From Callorhinchus milii (Eukaryota), in assembly GCF_018977255.1 (NCBI RefSeq), contig NW_024704742.1, positions 85,562,001 to 85,626,000 of the forward strand: 64,000 bases of DNA, read 5' to 3'. The notes under the pieces are model-generated. The model was not told where the DNA came from. It saw only the letters and a program-made list of their open reading frames with translations, and did not search any database. Below, one piece after another: positions 47,880-60,480 of this stretch. Positions within the stretch are counted from its first letter, which is position 1. Every line of letters begins with the position of its first letter. The position numbers and the translations under genes are program-made.

Positions 47880-48630
47880 TCCGGGTTTCGCACCAATGGG
47901 CAGAGCTGCGCCCTCCCAGCGGGCGGCCGCGGAGGCAGGTGGGGGGGCGGGTTTCACGCCCAATCGGGCGGGTTTTTTTTTTTTTGGCGTTGCCCTTCGC
48001 GCGGACGACAAAGGTGTTTTAAAAAAAAAGGTCTGAAAAAAAACTTAAATCTGCAAAATGTGTTCGGCCTCGATAGACCTTTCATGACACCGGTTTTTTT
48101 TTAAAAAAAAAGCGCCGACTTAAATTGGCCGCTCAGCCACCTCGAGCGGGCGACTTTTGGGGCTACTTTTGGGCAATATTGAGCTGCTTTGGGGGCTGGT
48201 GTTTGGGCTACTCCGCTTTGCACCGAGAGAGAGAGAGAGAGAGGGGGGCAGCGGGGGCGCTGAGCCGGGAAACTCCTCAACTCAGTCACCTCTCACACCC
48301 TCAGTTATTCTCAGCGTGTGAGACCCAGAGAGAAGTTCCCGCAAATGTTTTGCAATGCACGACATGATTGCTGATGGGAACAGAGCGGGCGGGCGGGGCG
48401 GGTTGGGCGGGCTGGGCTGGGCGGGTGGGGTGGGGCGGGTTGGGCGGGCTGGGCTGGGCGGGTTGGGGCGGGTTGGGCGGGCTGTTGCAGTTGCTGCTCA
48501 GAGAGAGAGAGAGAGAGAGAGCAGCAGAAAGACAGCACAGGAGCGTCAGCTGTTAATGTAACGCTGAAGGGGTGACAGCAGACACACACCAGGCACAGAG
48601 AGGCAGAGAGAGAGAGAGAGAGAGAGGTAG
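47880..48630 (+). promoter_or_regulatory. TBC1D2: CpG-rich promoter and probable non-coding first exon of TBC1D2
   Basis: Tandem GGGCGG GC-box array at 48385-48482; CCAAT at ~47893 and ~47960; (GA)n tracts; candidate donor GAG|gtaggc at 48627; ~0.9 kb upstream of the ATG. Confidence 0.55.
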
Positions 48631-49258
48631 GCAAAACTCTTGACAAGCCAGATCCTTGCAAATCCTTTTTCATTCGGATCAGGACAGCCTGAGGATTGAA
48701 GCGCCCCCTTCCTTTTTTTTTTGCAACTTTTTTCAGACCTGACTATTCCCTGACGAGACTATTATTTCCTGTTGATTGTATACAGTGCAATCTTGTTGAT
48801 CAGGAAACAGATATTGCTTTCTTCTTGTTTTAACTGTTTGCTTCGAAAGACTAATATTACTATACACCTGAAATAATAATAATAATAATCCTCGCATTTG
48901 ATATAGCGCTTTTCACGTCGGGAGGACGTCCCAAAGCGCTTCACAGTAGACACTGTAAAGTGAATTGACTGTATATTTGTGGGCGAACGCGGCAGCCAAT
49001 TGCGCACAGCAATGTCCCACAAACAGTCGTAGATTGAAAATGATCAATTTATTATTGTTTTTGGTTTTTTGGAGGGATTATTATTAGGCTCTGTGTGGAG
49101 TAAGGAAACTTGCCCAAGGTTTCGCCCTCTGCCTGGAATTGAACTCAGGTCTCTCACTTGCAAAGCGAGTGCTCTAACCACTGATCATTGTGTCTGTCTC
49201 CTCCCCCCCCCACCCCACCTCCCACCACCCAAAGAATATTAAAAGTTCTCTGAGAAAT

Positions 49259-49477
49259 TTGGTGGATTTCAATACAGTACTGCTGGAATTCAGTACAACA
49301 CTGGTGGATTTCATTACCACACAAAATACAGTCAGTCCACTTTACAGGATATTCTGTGAAGCGCTTTGAGACTCAACAACGCTATATCAAATGCAAGGAT
49401 TATTATTATAACACTGCTGGATTTAATTGCAAAACTGCTGGCTTTCATTATAGCATTGCCGGATTTCAATACCAGCA
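49259..49477 (+). repeat. 21-bp minisatellite (6 units, consensus ~CTGCTGGATTTCAATACAACA) interrupted by a SINE tail
   Basis: Units at 49259, 49280, 49301, 49414, 49435 and 49456; SINE tail at ~49322-49410. Confidence 0.75.
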
Positions 49478-49891
49478 ATGGCAGGCGAATTACTAGTGGG
49501 TAAATCTGGTCAGACTGAAGGTTGCCCAGCAGCTCAGACAGATCACCAGTGCCACAGTGATGTGGACGAGGAAATGCAGTTACTAAGACTGGATAACTTG
49601 GACGATCAGTCAGACCCCTCGTATTTGAAACCCTCGAATGAAGAGCAGGAGGTGCCCACTAAACTGTGCGGCTACCTGAACAAGCTGGGAGGGAAAGGAC
49701 CGCTCAAAGGTTGCAAAACACGCTGGTTTGTGTACAACGAGAAGAATTGCCACCTGTATTACTTCCGAACCGCCCAGGATGTCAACCCGCTCGGGAGCAT
49801 CGACCTGTCGCACGCTGCATTCATTTACAGCCTGGAAACCGAGGAAGGAACCTTCGAAATCAGAAGCCCAGAAAAGGATTATACTCTGAAG
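49478..49891 (+). CDS. TBC1D2: TBC1 domain family member 2 (Armus), first coding exon with PH domain (138 codons)
   Basis: KLCGYLNKLGGKGPLKGCKTRWFVYNEKNCHLYYFRTAQDVNPLGSIDLS...EEGTFEI..P...YTLK|gtgagt matches the TBC1D2 N-terminal PH domain. No later exon was recognised in the window. Confidence 0.9.
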
Positions 49892-50679
49892 GTGAGTGCG
49901 ATTATACAGGGGAATCGTAAGTACACTCCTGACCCTGATTTCACCGTGAACTGAGAATAGAAATTTGCACATTTGCAAAAAAGAATGTTCATTTAATTCA
50001 TTCATACATTTTTTTCATGACTCGGCATTAACACATTGAGCAATTTTATTGCAGCTGCGAATTGTAGTTTCAAACCCCACCTTGGGACTTGGAACCCATA
50101 CAGTCTATGTTGATGCTCTTGTGCAGCGCTGGGGGTACTAACCTTCAGATGAGAAATTAAACTGAGGTCTCAATTGCCTCTCCAGGTGGATGTTAAAGAT
50201 CCCATGGGACTATTCGAAAAGAGAAGGGAATTTCTCATGCTGTCCTTGACATTTACTCATTGACATTGGTGACTTGATCTTGTTGCAACAAATTCATTTT
50301 GTGCAGTTCGGAGCAGCAGAATCTCACTGCGGCTGGCAGACCGATAGATTAGCTAGGATAGTAATAATAGTAAGACAATATCTGTGATCATTGTTTATCC
50401 AGGATATTTGTCACAGATTAAAGAAATCTACTGTGAGTACACCGGGGCATTCAATGCCAATGTCCACTGTCTCCCTCCCAGGATAAATACAATTAATATA
50501 TTGTTTGAACACATCACGTCCTCATGGACAGGTGGGTTTGTATGTGAGAAGAAAAAATATTTTCAAAGGCAGACATTGACAATTAATCAGTCTATCTCGC
50601 TCATCGGAGACCCTATATTCTTTAAAATTCTCCCCTCCTCCACTATTCATAAAATTCATCCAAAACCCCACATTCTCAC

Positions 50680-51122
50680 CCGCACTAAACTCCGCACCCC
50701 GATTACCCCAGTCCTTGCCAAACTCCACTGGCTCCCTGTCACAGAGCGGATCAATTTCAAGATCCTCACTCTGGTGTTTAAGTCCCTCCATGCCTTGGCA
50801 CCCCCCTATCTCTCCAAACTCCTCTCTCCTCGCAGCACTATCTGCTGCCTCTGCTTTACTGGCTCCGACTTCCTCCTTATCCCTCGAATTCTCCACTACA
50901 CCATCAGCAGCCGTGCCTTCAGTCACTACGCCCCGAAGCTATGGAACTCTCTCCCTCAATCCTTTGCCTTGCCCCCTCTTTCCCCATTTTCAGGTTGCGC
51001 CTTCCTCTTCTACGCGTCTACGGTGACCTTCCCCTTCCCCCTGGCTCGGCATCAGGCTCCACCATTGTTAAGCGCTCTGTGATGCCGGCGTGGAGGGCGC
51101 TATATAAATGCAAGTTCTTGTG
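50680..51122 (+). mobile_element. L2 LINE 3' end
   Basis: PITPVLAKLHWLPVTERINFKILTL...RAFSHYAPKLWNSLP; tail gcgctatataaatgcaagtt. Confidence 0.9.
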
Positions 51123-51687
51123 AATAAACAGAGAATCACAAGATCAAAATATTGGTTTGGGTGAAGAAGGCACTTTGGGCCATCAGATCTCATCTTTCCC
51201 GAATACCCACCCTTCCCAAACCTCTCAACACATAGCAAGCTGATGTATTAAATAAGTCTAGTGTCCTGACTTCAACCATTCTTCATGGCAACCTGTTCCA
51301 GGTATTAATTGCCCACCAAGTAAAGAAAAACGTTCTGGTGTATGTACACCAGAAAGTTTGTGGTGTCCTGTAGCTCAGCAGTTAGAGCACTCGCCTTGCA
51401 AGCGAGATGCTGCCGCGTTTCACCCGCAAATATACGGTCAATTCACTTTACAGCATATTCTGTGAAGCGCTTTGAGACGTCTAAAAAACATGAAAAGCGC
51501 TATATCAAATGCAAGGATTAATATTATTATTCCATGAAGTTGCTCTTCATTGCAACTCTTAAGTTGCAACTGTAAACCCTATGTCCTTTAGTTCTGCTAT
51601 CTCACTGCATCCAAATGTATTGTTTTGGGTTTACTAAGTGGGTTTTCCTTGGAGCTGAACTGACTTCAGGTGACATGTCTGACAATA

Positions 51688-52205
51688 GAATGGCGGAATC
51701 GAGCCAGCCCTCTGTGGCGGTTTCGATAGTCCGGTTCTTGAGCCAGTGGATCTGCAGTATTCCAGGGCACTGCTGATAACGGCACAGCCTGGCTCATCGG
51801 CAGTACCTGGAAGGGTAGACCAGTCACTGGGGGCAAGGAGTCCACTCAGCTCCTGTTAACCCTGTAAGCCAAAGCCCTAACGGATAGGGGGTCCTATCTG
51901 GACAAGCAGCGGGAAAGCTTGCCAGGCAAGCTATGCGGTTTTAGCTGGTTAGACTCCAGCAGTACTCCAACGCACATTCTGGGGTCCCAAGCCTGGCCTC
52001 TTGACAACCTGTGCCTAACACTTTACGGAATTAGGCAAGCAGGATGTGTCCCTGAATGAGAGAGAGTGTGCAGTCCATTCCAACAATCTATCTCTGGGAT
52101 TTCCATGTATAGGTGGATGGAAATCTCAGTTTGGTTTGGACACCCTTAAGCGCAGTGGTGGGTTTCTGCATGTGTCAATCACCCAGCTGACCCCCCCAAA
52201 AAAAA
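51688..52205 (+). mobile_element. unclassified ~520-bp A-tailed interspersed repeat (family B). Other copies: 985-1445(-), 26860-27366(-), 45628-45824(-), 47322-47625(+), 56493-57191(-)
   Basis: Six mutually alignable copies with a shared 5' end GAATGKCRRAATCSAGCC and 3' end TGACC(C)nAAAA. Confidence 0.85.
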
Positions 52206-54564
52206 TTTGGGTTTACTTTCTCAAATCCACTAAAAATATTATATACCATTAAAAGATCAGCCACATTAAAGGTGTGGATCAGTACACATATCCTTGCAAT
52301 GAAGAGGCTCAGAGAATCACAGGACAGAAAAAGTAATTTGGTCCGAGTCTTCGCTGGTGTTTCTCTTTTTAAGGCTGAAGAATTGTAGCTTTTCTAATTG
52401 TTGCTCATAGTAGCTTCATTCCTGTAATAATGGGAATGATCTTTGTTGCTATCCTCTGCATCTAGGAAGCATCTAGGAAGTCCCAGTTATGTTCCGGTAA
52501 TTCTTGTAAAAGAAGAATATTTAAGGGTATAGACAGCAAGGAGTAAAGTGGGATTACGTTAGGTGGCTCAAGTGGAGAATATGTGTAATTATGATCAAAC
52601 GTTGCACCGAACATGTGTGATTGGTATTGATGTCAGTCGGGACTTTGGACCCTATTGTCAGAAACATTCCTGCTGAAAATAAGCTGGGTTATCAATCTTA
52701 TATTAAGTTTACTCTGTAGACATTACTTTAAATATACGTTGAAGGCACTCCTTTACTTCAACTCTAATAATCCACTCTGTTTTGGACATTTTTTTTGTTG
52801 ACTGACTCCTAACCTCATCTAGCCACTGCAGTTCCAATGGGGAGGAATGCATTACAGTGCTATCCGTAAGACATCTCTTTTCCTGTAAATAATGACTAAT
52901 TTCCCATTCCAACCACAATACTGAATTCCAACTCCCATTGACGCAACAAATGCCAGAATCAACAAGTTATTATTATGTTGCCTACTCCCTCAAGTGATAT
53001 AAAACATGATTCGACTTGCACAAAAAAGTGTTTTATGATGTTTACAGTACAAATAATATTTAAATGTTGGGGGCATTTTTGGCGCTGGCTTGTAACGAAC
53101 AATTTCAGGACAGATACCAGGGAGTTTTTCTCCATGTAGGAAGAAGGTAATCAATGATTAGAATAGGTTGTCAGGAAGTGTGGATGCGGCAAAGAGACAG
53201 GACTCGTTTAAAAAGCAGCTTGATACTGTGATGGGGGGGATGGTAGAATGGGCGTTCTGGAGGGATGAGATCAGAATGGGCTGAAGGCCTTCTTCATCCA
53301 AACCAAACTTGTGATTTTGTGACACAAATTATGAGTAGCAGTCCTGCTTATCCTTCTGGCAGTGAGTGTCAGCAGGTTGCTCCAGGTCTGGACATTCCCT
53401 TTATGTCCTGATGATCAGAACTGTATGGTGTACTACTCTAGGTGCATCCTAATGGCATTAGTCCAGTGGCATTTAGGTATACCTCAGAAACTGCAATTAT
53501 ACATAGCATTGCTGCAATACGCATTCATAAACAAACGGTTGTCCTCTCACATTGAACAATAAAACCACACAACATCTTTGTTACAACACCACTCCTCATT
53601 GCTTAGCATCATTGCCTTGCAGAAAGAGCTAAGCTTCTTTTTAAAACTTGTCTCTAACAGTAGATGTAGGCTAATGAATGATATGTTGCATAGCCTTCAA
53701 AACATTGCACTACTTAGTGTGGCCTGTGGCAGCAAACCTCTGAGTGTTTATTTCAGATATGGACAAATCGCAGTGTGGTTGGGGCTTGAAACGGAAACAT
53801 ACAGGAAAGATTAAAGGAGTCGAAACAGGCCATTGGATTGCAGGCTACATTTAAACTGCTACATCCACTAAAAGCATGAAACTGCTGTTTACTCTATAAC
53901 TTCAGTTAAATATAGCTTTAGAAACAAAACCACTGAAATTAAAGAATATGCAATCAGTCTGAGCAAATCCTTGAGTATGGAGGTGTGTGTGTGGTGGGGC
54001 GAACAACTATATTTGTAGCTTTAAAAACATAGAGTTAGTATTGCAAATTCGTATTTTAAAACGCAGCACACGTATAAATGGAAATGTAGCTGGACCCTTG
54101 GGGTTTTTTTTGGTTGTGACTTTATCAACTCTGATGGGAACACATTGATCTGATTCTGTTAATGTGTTATTGATTGTGGTTTCAGCTTTTAACAAATTTT
54201 TTAATGTGTTTTAATGCATTCTTTCTCAAGCTCACATTGGCAAGGTTGGTAAGCTATACTGACAATAGAGAATTCACCCTTGTGATGTGCTGATGTTTTG
54301 TTCATTCTATTTCCCTCTACACCACCCCCCCTTTCTTTCTGAGTGTAGTGACTTATCCTGAGAGTTAATCCACTGGCACTTGAAATGCAAGGAACAGCAC
54401 ACAAAAAGTAGATTTATGAGGCACAGGTGGTCAAACGACTGTTTGTGGGACACTGCTGTGTGCAATTGGCTGCCACGTTTTGCCCACAACATGTACTGCC
54501 AATTCACTGTACAGTGTATTCTGTGAAGCACTTTGAAACATCAAAAAGATGTCATAAGGCACAA

Positions 54565-55400
54565 CAACAAAATTACACTTGTATAGTGCCTTTCACGTCG
54601 GGAGGACGTCCCAAGCGCTGGACAGTCAGAGTTTTGGACCCGAGCTTGGGGTCAGGATTGGGGAGGGTAGAGCGCAGGGGGTAAGCAGGGTGATAGAAAG
54701 CACGGTCGAAGAGAAGGGTCTTGAGATGGGTCTTGAAGGAGGCAAGGGAGGAGGCGAGGTGGAGGGACTGTGGGATGTCATTTGTCACTTTGACCAAAGC
54801 TGTTTCTGTGAGGTGGGCGGCACGGAAACACGATTGGAGGGATTGGTGGGAGAAGAAGGAGTGAAGCTGGGAAGCAACAACTTGTTCCAGGACCTTGGAG
54901 AGGAAAGGGAGATTGGAGATGGGGCGGTAGTTTGAGAGCAGTGATGGGTCCAGGGTTTTTTTAAAGGATGGGGTCATGACGGTTGTTTTTAATGGGGTGG
55001 GAACAGTACCAGTGGACAGGGAGAGGTTTATGATGTCTGTGAGTAGAGGGGCAAGGGTTTAGGGTTAGGCCCTTGGCCTCCAAAATTGTCTTGGAGTAGA
55101 ACGACGATTTAGCGAAGGTGAGGGCAGAGCGGTAGGATTTGATAAGGTCCAGCTAGATGTGTCGATGGACCATTAAGTTCAATTTAAACCAGGTGCATTC
55201 AGCGGCACACACCTGGGTTTTAAGGGAGCGGAGGTGGCTGGTGTACCAGGGTGACTTATGTGAGTAGGAGATGGTTTGGGAAGTGAGGGGAGCAAGGGAA
55301 TCAAGAGTGGAGGAGAGGGAGCTGTGGAGAAGAGTAACCGAAGAGGATAGGTCATTGCGGGAGAAAACGCAGAAGGGAAGGAGTTCAAATGATTCCAAGG
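54565..55400 (-). mobile_element. L2 LINE with internal deletions
   Basis: LDPSLLSNYRPISNLPFLSKVLEQVV...TETALVKVTNDI fused directly to the 3' tail region. Confidence 0.88.
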
Positions 55401-57665
55401 TAGCCGAGAGGGAGACTGTTGCTCACAATGTAAAAATGTCAGATAACAGTACACAAGACAAATAGGATATTTAGTTAAATTGCCACAATAGTTGAATTCA
55501 GATCCCCGGGTCATGCTTTGGTAAGGGCGTATCCATTACCTAGAGTCATGTGTACTTTTCTGATCTCTGCAACATAAAGGAAAATTCAGACATTAGAAGC
55601 TGTGCAGCGGCTATGGTCAATGTTATTAATAATAATAATCTTGCATTTGGTATAGCACTTTATCACATCTCAAAGTGCTTCACAGGATATACTGTAAAGT
55701 CTATTGACTGGATATTTTGTTGGTGTAACATGGCAGCCAATTGCACACAGCAGTGTCCCACAAACAATCGTGGATTGAGTGATGAGCTATGAGGAAGGAA
55801 TAGATAAAACAGCCTTGACCCATTAATAGAGACTTATCAAAAGGGGACTCCATGGCGCTGTGGTCGATGCTGCAAGGCATAGAAAATTAAACCTAGATTA
55901 ATACTTGCAGACATAGGCAGGAGGAAAAGAGATATGGTTTAAGGTTGTAAAGGGGACAATTGAGGACAGATTGGCAGCTGGAACCATTTACCGGGAGGGT
56001 GGATGACGGCCAGGTCACTAGATGTATTTAAGAAACAACTTGATATTGTAATGGGAAGCCAGTAGAATTGGTATTCTGGAACAATGAGATAAGTGGACTT
56101 CTTCATCTCAATCTATGTGAGTTTATGGCAGTCAATTGGTCTGTCAATCAGTGGTCATTCTTTATGTTATTTGATCGTGAGAGACCTCACAGCCTAACCT
56201 GATCACGTGCACATCATTTATTAATATAACCTTTTCAGGATATAGTTATCAGAAAGAGAAAGATCGTATGTTTTATTTTCAAGCCTTCTCTGAGGGCCTC
56301 AATTCAGCAGACACAAGAACTTGCAGCCTCCAGAATCCGTGTGGTTTTGTATACTTTGACACCGAGCTGTTGGGACCTCTACATTTTTAAATGTCAAATT
56401 TGTAGTTAGTTAGAAAAGCAGAAAAAACAGAATGAATGTGACACAGTCCTGAAACTCTTTGCATCTACGTGCATTGATGTGGTCTTACCACATTTTTGGG
56501 GGTCAGCTGGGTGTCTGATACATGGGGAAACCCATCACTATGCTTAAGAGTATCCAACCCAAACTGAGATTTCATGCATCCCACTTACACATAGAAATCC
56601 AAGAGATAGATTGTTGGAATGGAATGCGCACTCTCTCCCTGAAGGGACCCATCCTGTTTACTTAATTCCAGAAAGTATTAGCTAAAACCACATAGCTTGC
56701 CATTGATAATATTATAATAATCCTTACATTTGATATAATAATAATCCTTGCATTTGATATAGTGCTTTTCATGTCTTCTAGAAGTCTCAAAGCGCTTCAC
56801 AGAATATACTGTAAAGTGGGTTGACTGTATATTTGAGGGCGAAATGCTGCAGCCTGTTGCGCACAGCATTGTTCCACAAACAATCGCGGAGAGTGAATGA
56901 CCGAATTATTTTTTTTAGTCGATTGATTGATTGATATCGCTGTCACGCAAGCTTTCCTACTGCTTGTCCCGCTAGGACTACCCTACCCGTTAAGGCTTTG
57001 ACTTGCAGAGATAACAGGAGCTGTGTGGGATCACTCCCTGCCCCCAGTGACTGGCCTGCCCTTCCAACTTCTGCCGATGAGCCAGGCTGGCCGTGCTGTT
57101 ATCAGCAGTGCCCTGGAATACTGCGGACCCGCTTGGCTCAGGAACCGCTCTACCGAGACCACCACAGAGGGTTGGCTGGATTCCGACATTCCATTGCAGC
57201 ATTTCACCTTGGAGCCACTTCAGCTCCAAGGAGACCCCACTTACCTGCCCCCCCCCAAAAGAGGGTAGTTACTAGTTGGTCAATCGACATCCGAGAAGCA
57301 CAAGTTTGCGCCCTCACTAGGAGGATACTAGGTACTTAGAACTTAGATGGTAGCACTCTCACCTCTTTGTCAGAGTGTGTTCTGAAAGAGGAAGGAGGGG
57401 GAAAGGTGGAGAGATTGATGGAGAGAGTTCCAAAGTTTCAGGGCAGAGTGCTGAAAGCATGACTGCCGATTGTGGAACGGAGAGAACGAGAGATAAGCAG
57501 GAGAGACCTGAGGCTCCCGCCACTCGGCAGACTCTGGCCTGCTCCATATCCCCCACCCTGTCTGCCCTACCATTGGCGACCGCCTTCAGCTTTTCTGCCC
57601 CCACCCTTTGGAACTCCAGCCCACAGACCCTTCACCTTGATCCCTCCCTTGCCTCCCTTGTTTTA

Positions 57666-59384
57666 TGTACGGTGTGATGTGGGACGCTGTGGGAAAGAAT
57701 GCTTTCTTACTGTTAACTCTCGCAGGGCTGCTTAGAAACGATACACTCAAAACTCGGAGAGCAATGGTTGTTTAACAGAGTTTATTAAGTTTCCAAATAT
57801 ACTTGAAAATATACTGATCAGTACAATATTAGGTTAAAGGTTATACAGTTAGGAATGCCAGGTTCAACAACACCCGATTAAAACAGGAATGCACTTAAGA
57901 GTCAATATAGTTAACAAATATGTTCACAGACGACTATCATAATCATGATTACCTCAACTGGCTCACAACACTAATTTATGGGGAAATCATAGCATCCCGA
58001 TCGCAAATACTATCAAAGAAAAGTATACTAATAATAAAATCATATAAGATTAACACAGTGGGTACAAGAAGGAAGGTGTGTCATGTACAGATGCGTGCGT
58101 ATCACTATACTACCGGTAACTAGCAGCCGCTTTGGTAGGGTCACAATAGGATACTTCGGCAACGAGTCTTGGACTGGTATGCAGTGTGCAATCTGTCAGT
58201 CCCCAGCTCTTGTAGGCAGGATCTCGCTCTCTCCCTCAGATACTTGGCTCACTCATCTACCCATCTTGGAATGTGCATGGTGCCTTTCTCTGGTCGGTCG
58301 AGTAATCGTCTTGAAGGACATTCTCAGCCTCTCTTCTCCTGCTCTCCTGAGTCACCCAGTGATCAGCTGACAGACTGCCTGCTTGCAGTGAAGGTTCTTC
58401 CCCTTTCAGCCTTGCTGCTCTTTCTCCGAGGAGTTGTTCTCACTTGCTACCTTTTGACTTCCTATATTTATACTTCTAGCAGTGTCCGTACAAAGGCCAG
58501 GTCTTGTCTGGCCATTGTCCTCATTTCCTTATCTCCCTGACCTTTTAGTCTCCTGATTCACGTTTTTTTAATTCAATCAGTTCTTCCCTCGAATGGTCTC
58601 ATGTCAGCATTTTCTTCTCTTCCTTACTTATAATAATAATAATAATAATCCTTGCATTTGATATAGTGCTTTTCACGTCGGGAGGACGGCCCAAAGCGCT
58701 TCACAGAAGACACTGTAAAGTGAATTGACTGTATATTTGTGGGCGAACGCGGCAGCCAATTGCGCACAGCAATGTCCCACAAACAATCGTAGATTGAAAA
58801 TGACCAATTTATTATTGTTTTTAGTTTTGGGAGGGATTATTATTAGGCGTGTGGAGTAAGGAAACTTGCCCAAGGTTTCGCCCTGACCTGCCTGGAATTG
58901 AACTCAGGTCTCTCGCTTGCAAAGCGAGTGCTCTAACCACTGAGCTACAGGACTCCAGAAAGTCTTGACTCCAGCTACTTGACCTCTGCCTATTGTTAAA
59001 CTAGTTAAATCAAAAGAGTGCTGGCACGGGATGGTACCATGACCCTCGGATGTTCCTAACCGCCCCTTCGCATCCGTCCATCATTCTTTGGGCTGTCTTA
59101 TCTGATGTGTACCAGCCTCCCTCCCTCGGACCTTGAAACTGCCACTCTGATAGATCAGTCTATTCATTATTGTTTTTATCTTCCTGTCCTTCGAGCGCTC
59201 TGAGATCCATTCTGTCCTGGTCTGTGACCGGCATTTTGGTACTTACTGCTGTGTCTGCATATTCTCAGACTTACCTTCCCCCTTCTTAGCATTTATTCGT
59301 ATTTCAATGGACTCACAAAAGTGAGTCCTTTAAATCAGTGATATTCAGATAAATATTCGGTTAGTATTCTTACCCCATTTTACA
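57666..59384 (-). mobile_element. possible solo LTR with a SINE inserted at 58631-58956
   Basis: TGTA...TACA termini; on the minus strand TATAAATA (~58464-58471) precedes AATAAA (57781-57786); no clean TSD. Confidence 0.35.
58631..58956 (-). mobile_element. full-length tRNA(Ala)-derived SINE, short form, with L2-type tail. Other copies: 48872-49184(-), 40179-40513(+), 39955-40170(+), 19068-19340(+), 51365-51530(+)
   Basis: Head GGAGTCCTGTAGCTCAGTGGTTAGAGCACTCGCTTTGCAAGCGAGAGACCTGAGTTCAATTCC has A and B boxes and a TGC anticodon loop; (TTA)n tail. Confidence 0.9.
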
Positions 59385-59799
59385 TTACTTTGGGCCTCTA
59401 GTGTCTGCAACTATCCCTCCGAGAAGTGGATAAGTGATGGTTAGCTGTAGAATAAAACCTCCACCACTCTGAACTAGCAATGAGTTTACAAGTGCCAGAA
59501 GGACAGTCCCTCCCTGCTGCACCAGTTTGATGATCTCCCCTTGTCTTCTTGTGAGTCATAATAACAGCAATTGAGTGAGCAGGTAGTAAGGATTGCATGC
59601 AACACAGACTGAATCCTACAGTTATGATCTTACCAATTTTGAGCGAGTCTTTTCCCCATCTACACACAGCGGTCCCACTACTATGAATAACTCCCCGGAG
59701 TTTACGTCTTTCAACCAATTTGATCTCATCTTTGCAAAATATACACCCTATTGTGCTCCTATTACAACTTCATGCTGTTCTTTGAATACACCAACAGTT

Positions 59800-60480
59800 A
59801 AAGAGTGAGGTCTTTAGACGGATTTTGAAAGCAGAGAGGGAGCACAGCAGGGGGATTGAAGTTGTGAGTTCCAGAGAGTGGGGGCAAGGAGGCTGATAGC
59901 TCCTCTGCTGATTGTGGGGCGGAATGGGTGGGAGACGTGGAGGGAGTGACTGAGAGAGTAGGATTGCAAGAGTTCACGGATGATAACATCCATGGAGGCA
60001 TTCAAAGGTGAGGACAAGGATCTTAAAGGGGATCCACTGAGGGATAAGGAGCCAGTGGAGACAAGAGAGTTTGGAGTGATGGACTCGCGGAGCCTGGTAC
60101 AGGAGAGGATACAGACTGAGAAGGTCTGGATGGTCTGGAATTGGTGGAGCTGGGATGGCTGTCAATCAAGACATTGGAGAAGTGAGGCCTAGAGGTGACA
60201 ACGTTGTGGAGGAGGGTTTTGGCTGCGTTGAGGTAAGGGAATGGCGGTGGTGGGTGATGTGGAGGAAAGCAGAATTGGCCAGAACCCAGATTGAAGGTTT
60301 GACGGAGATCTGAGGGTGGAACAGAACACTGAAGTTCCACACAGTCTCAACAGGCGACGTGGAGGGAGTAACTGTGGAGGTCAATACAGTCAGTCCCTGA
60401 GGTGAGGAGGTGATGACAGGAGCTGAGATGGAGAAAGTTGGGGCTCATTCTGAACTTGATACCTGACAGACAGTGTGACA
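59800..60480 (-). mobile_element. older L2 fragment
   Basis: CLHWLLIPQWIPFKILVLTF; AISLLAPTLWNS. Confidence 0.8.

Noticed and set aside
47472..48104. 210-aa ORF
   Set aside because: It runs across a family-B repeat, A-tracts and promoter sequence, with no protein-like features.
58880..58956. tRNA-Ala(TGC) gene
   Set aside because: The acceptor stem is not formed and the sequence continues into a SINE body and tail present in many copies.
59398..59718. 106-aa ORF next to the putative LTR as a retroviral env remnant
   Set aside because: Only a short hydrophobic/Cys patch, with no furin, immunosuppressive-domain or CX6CC motif.
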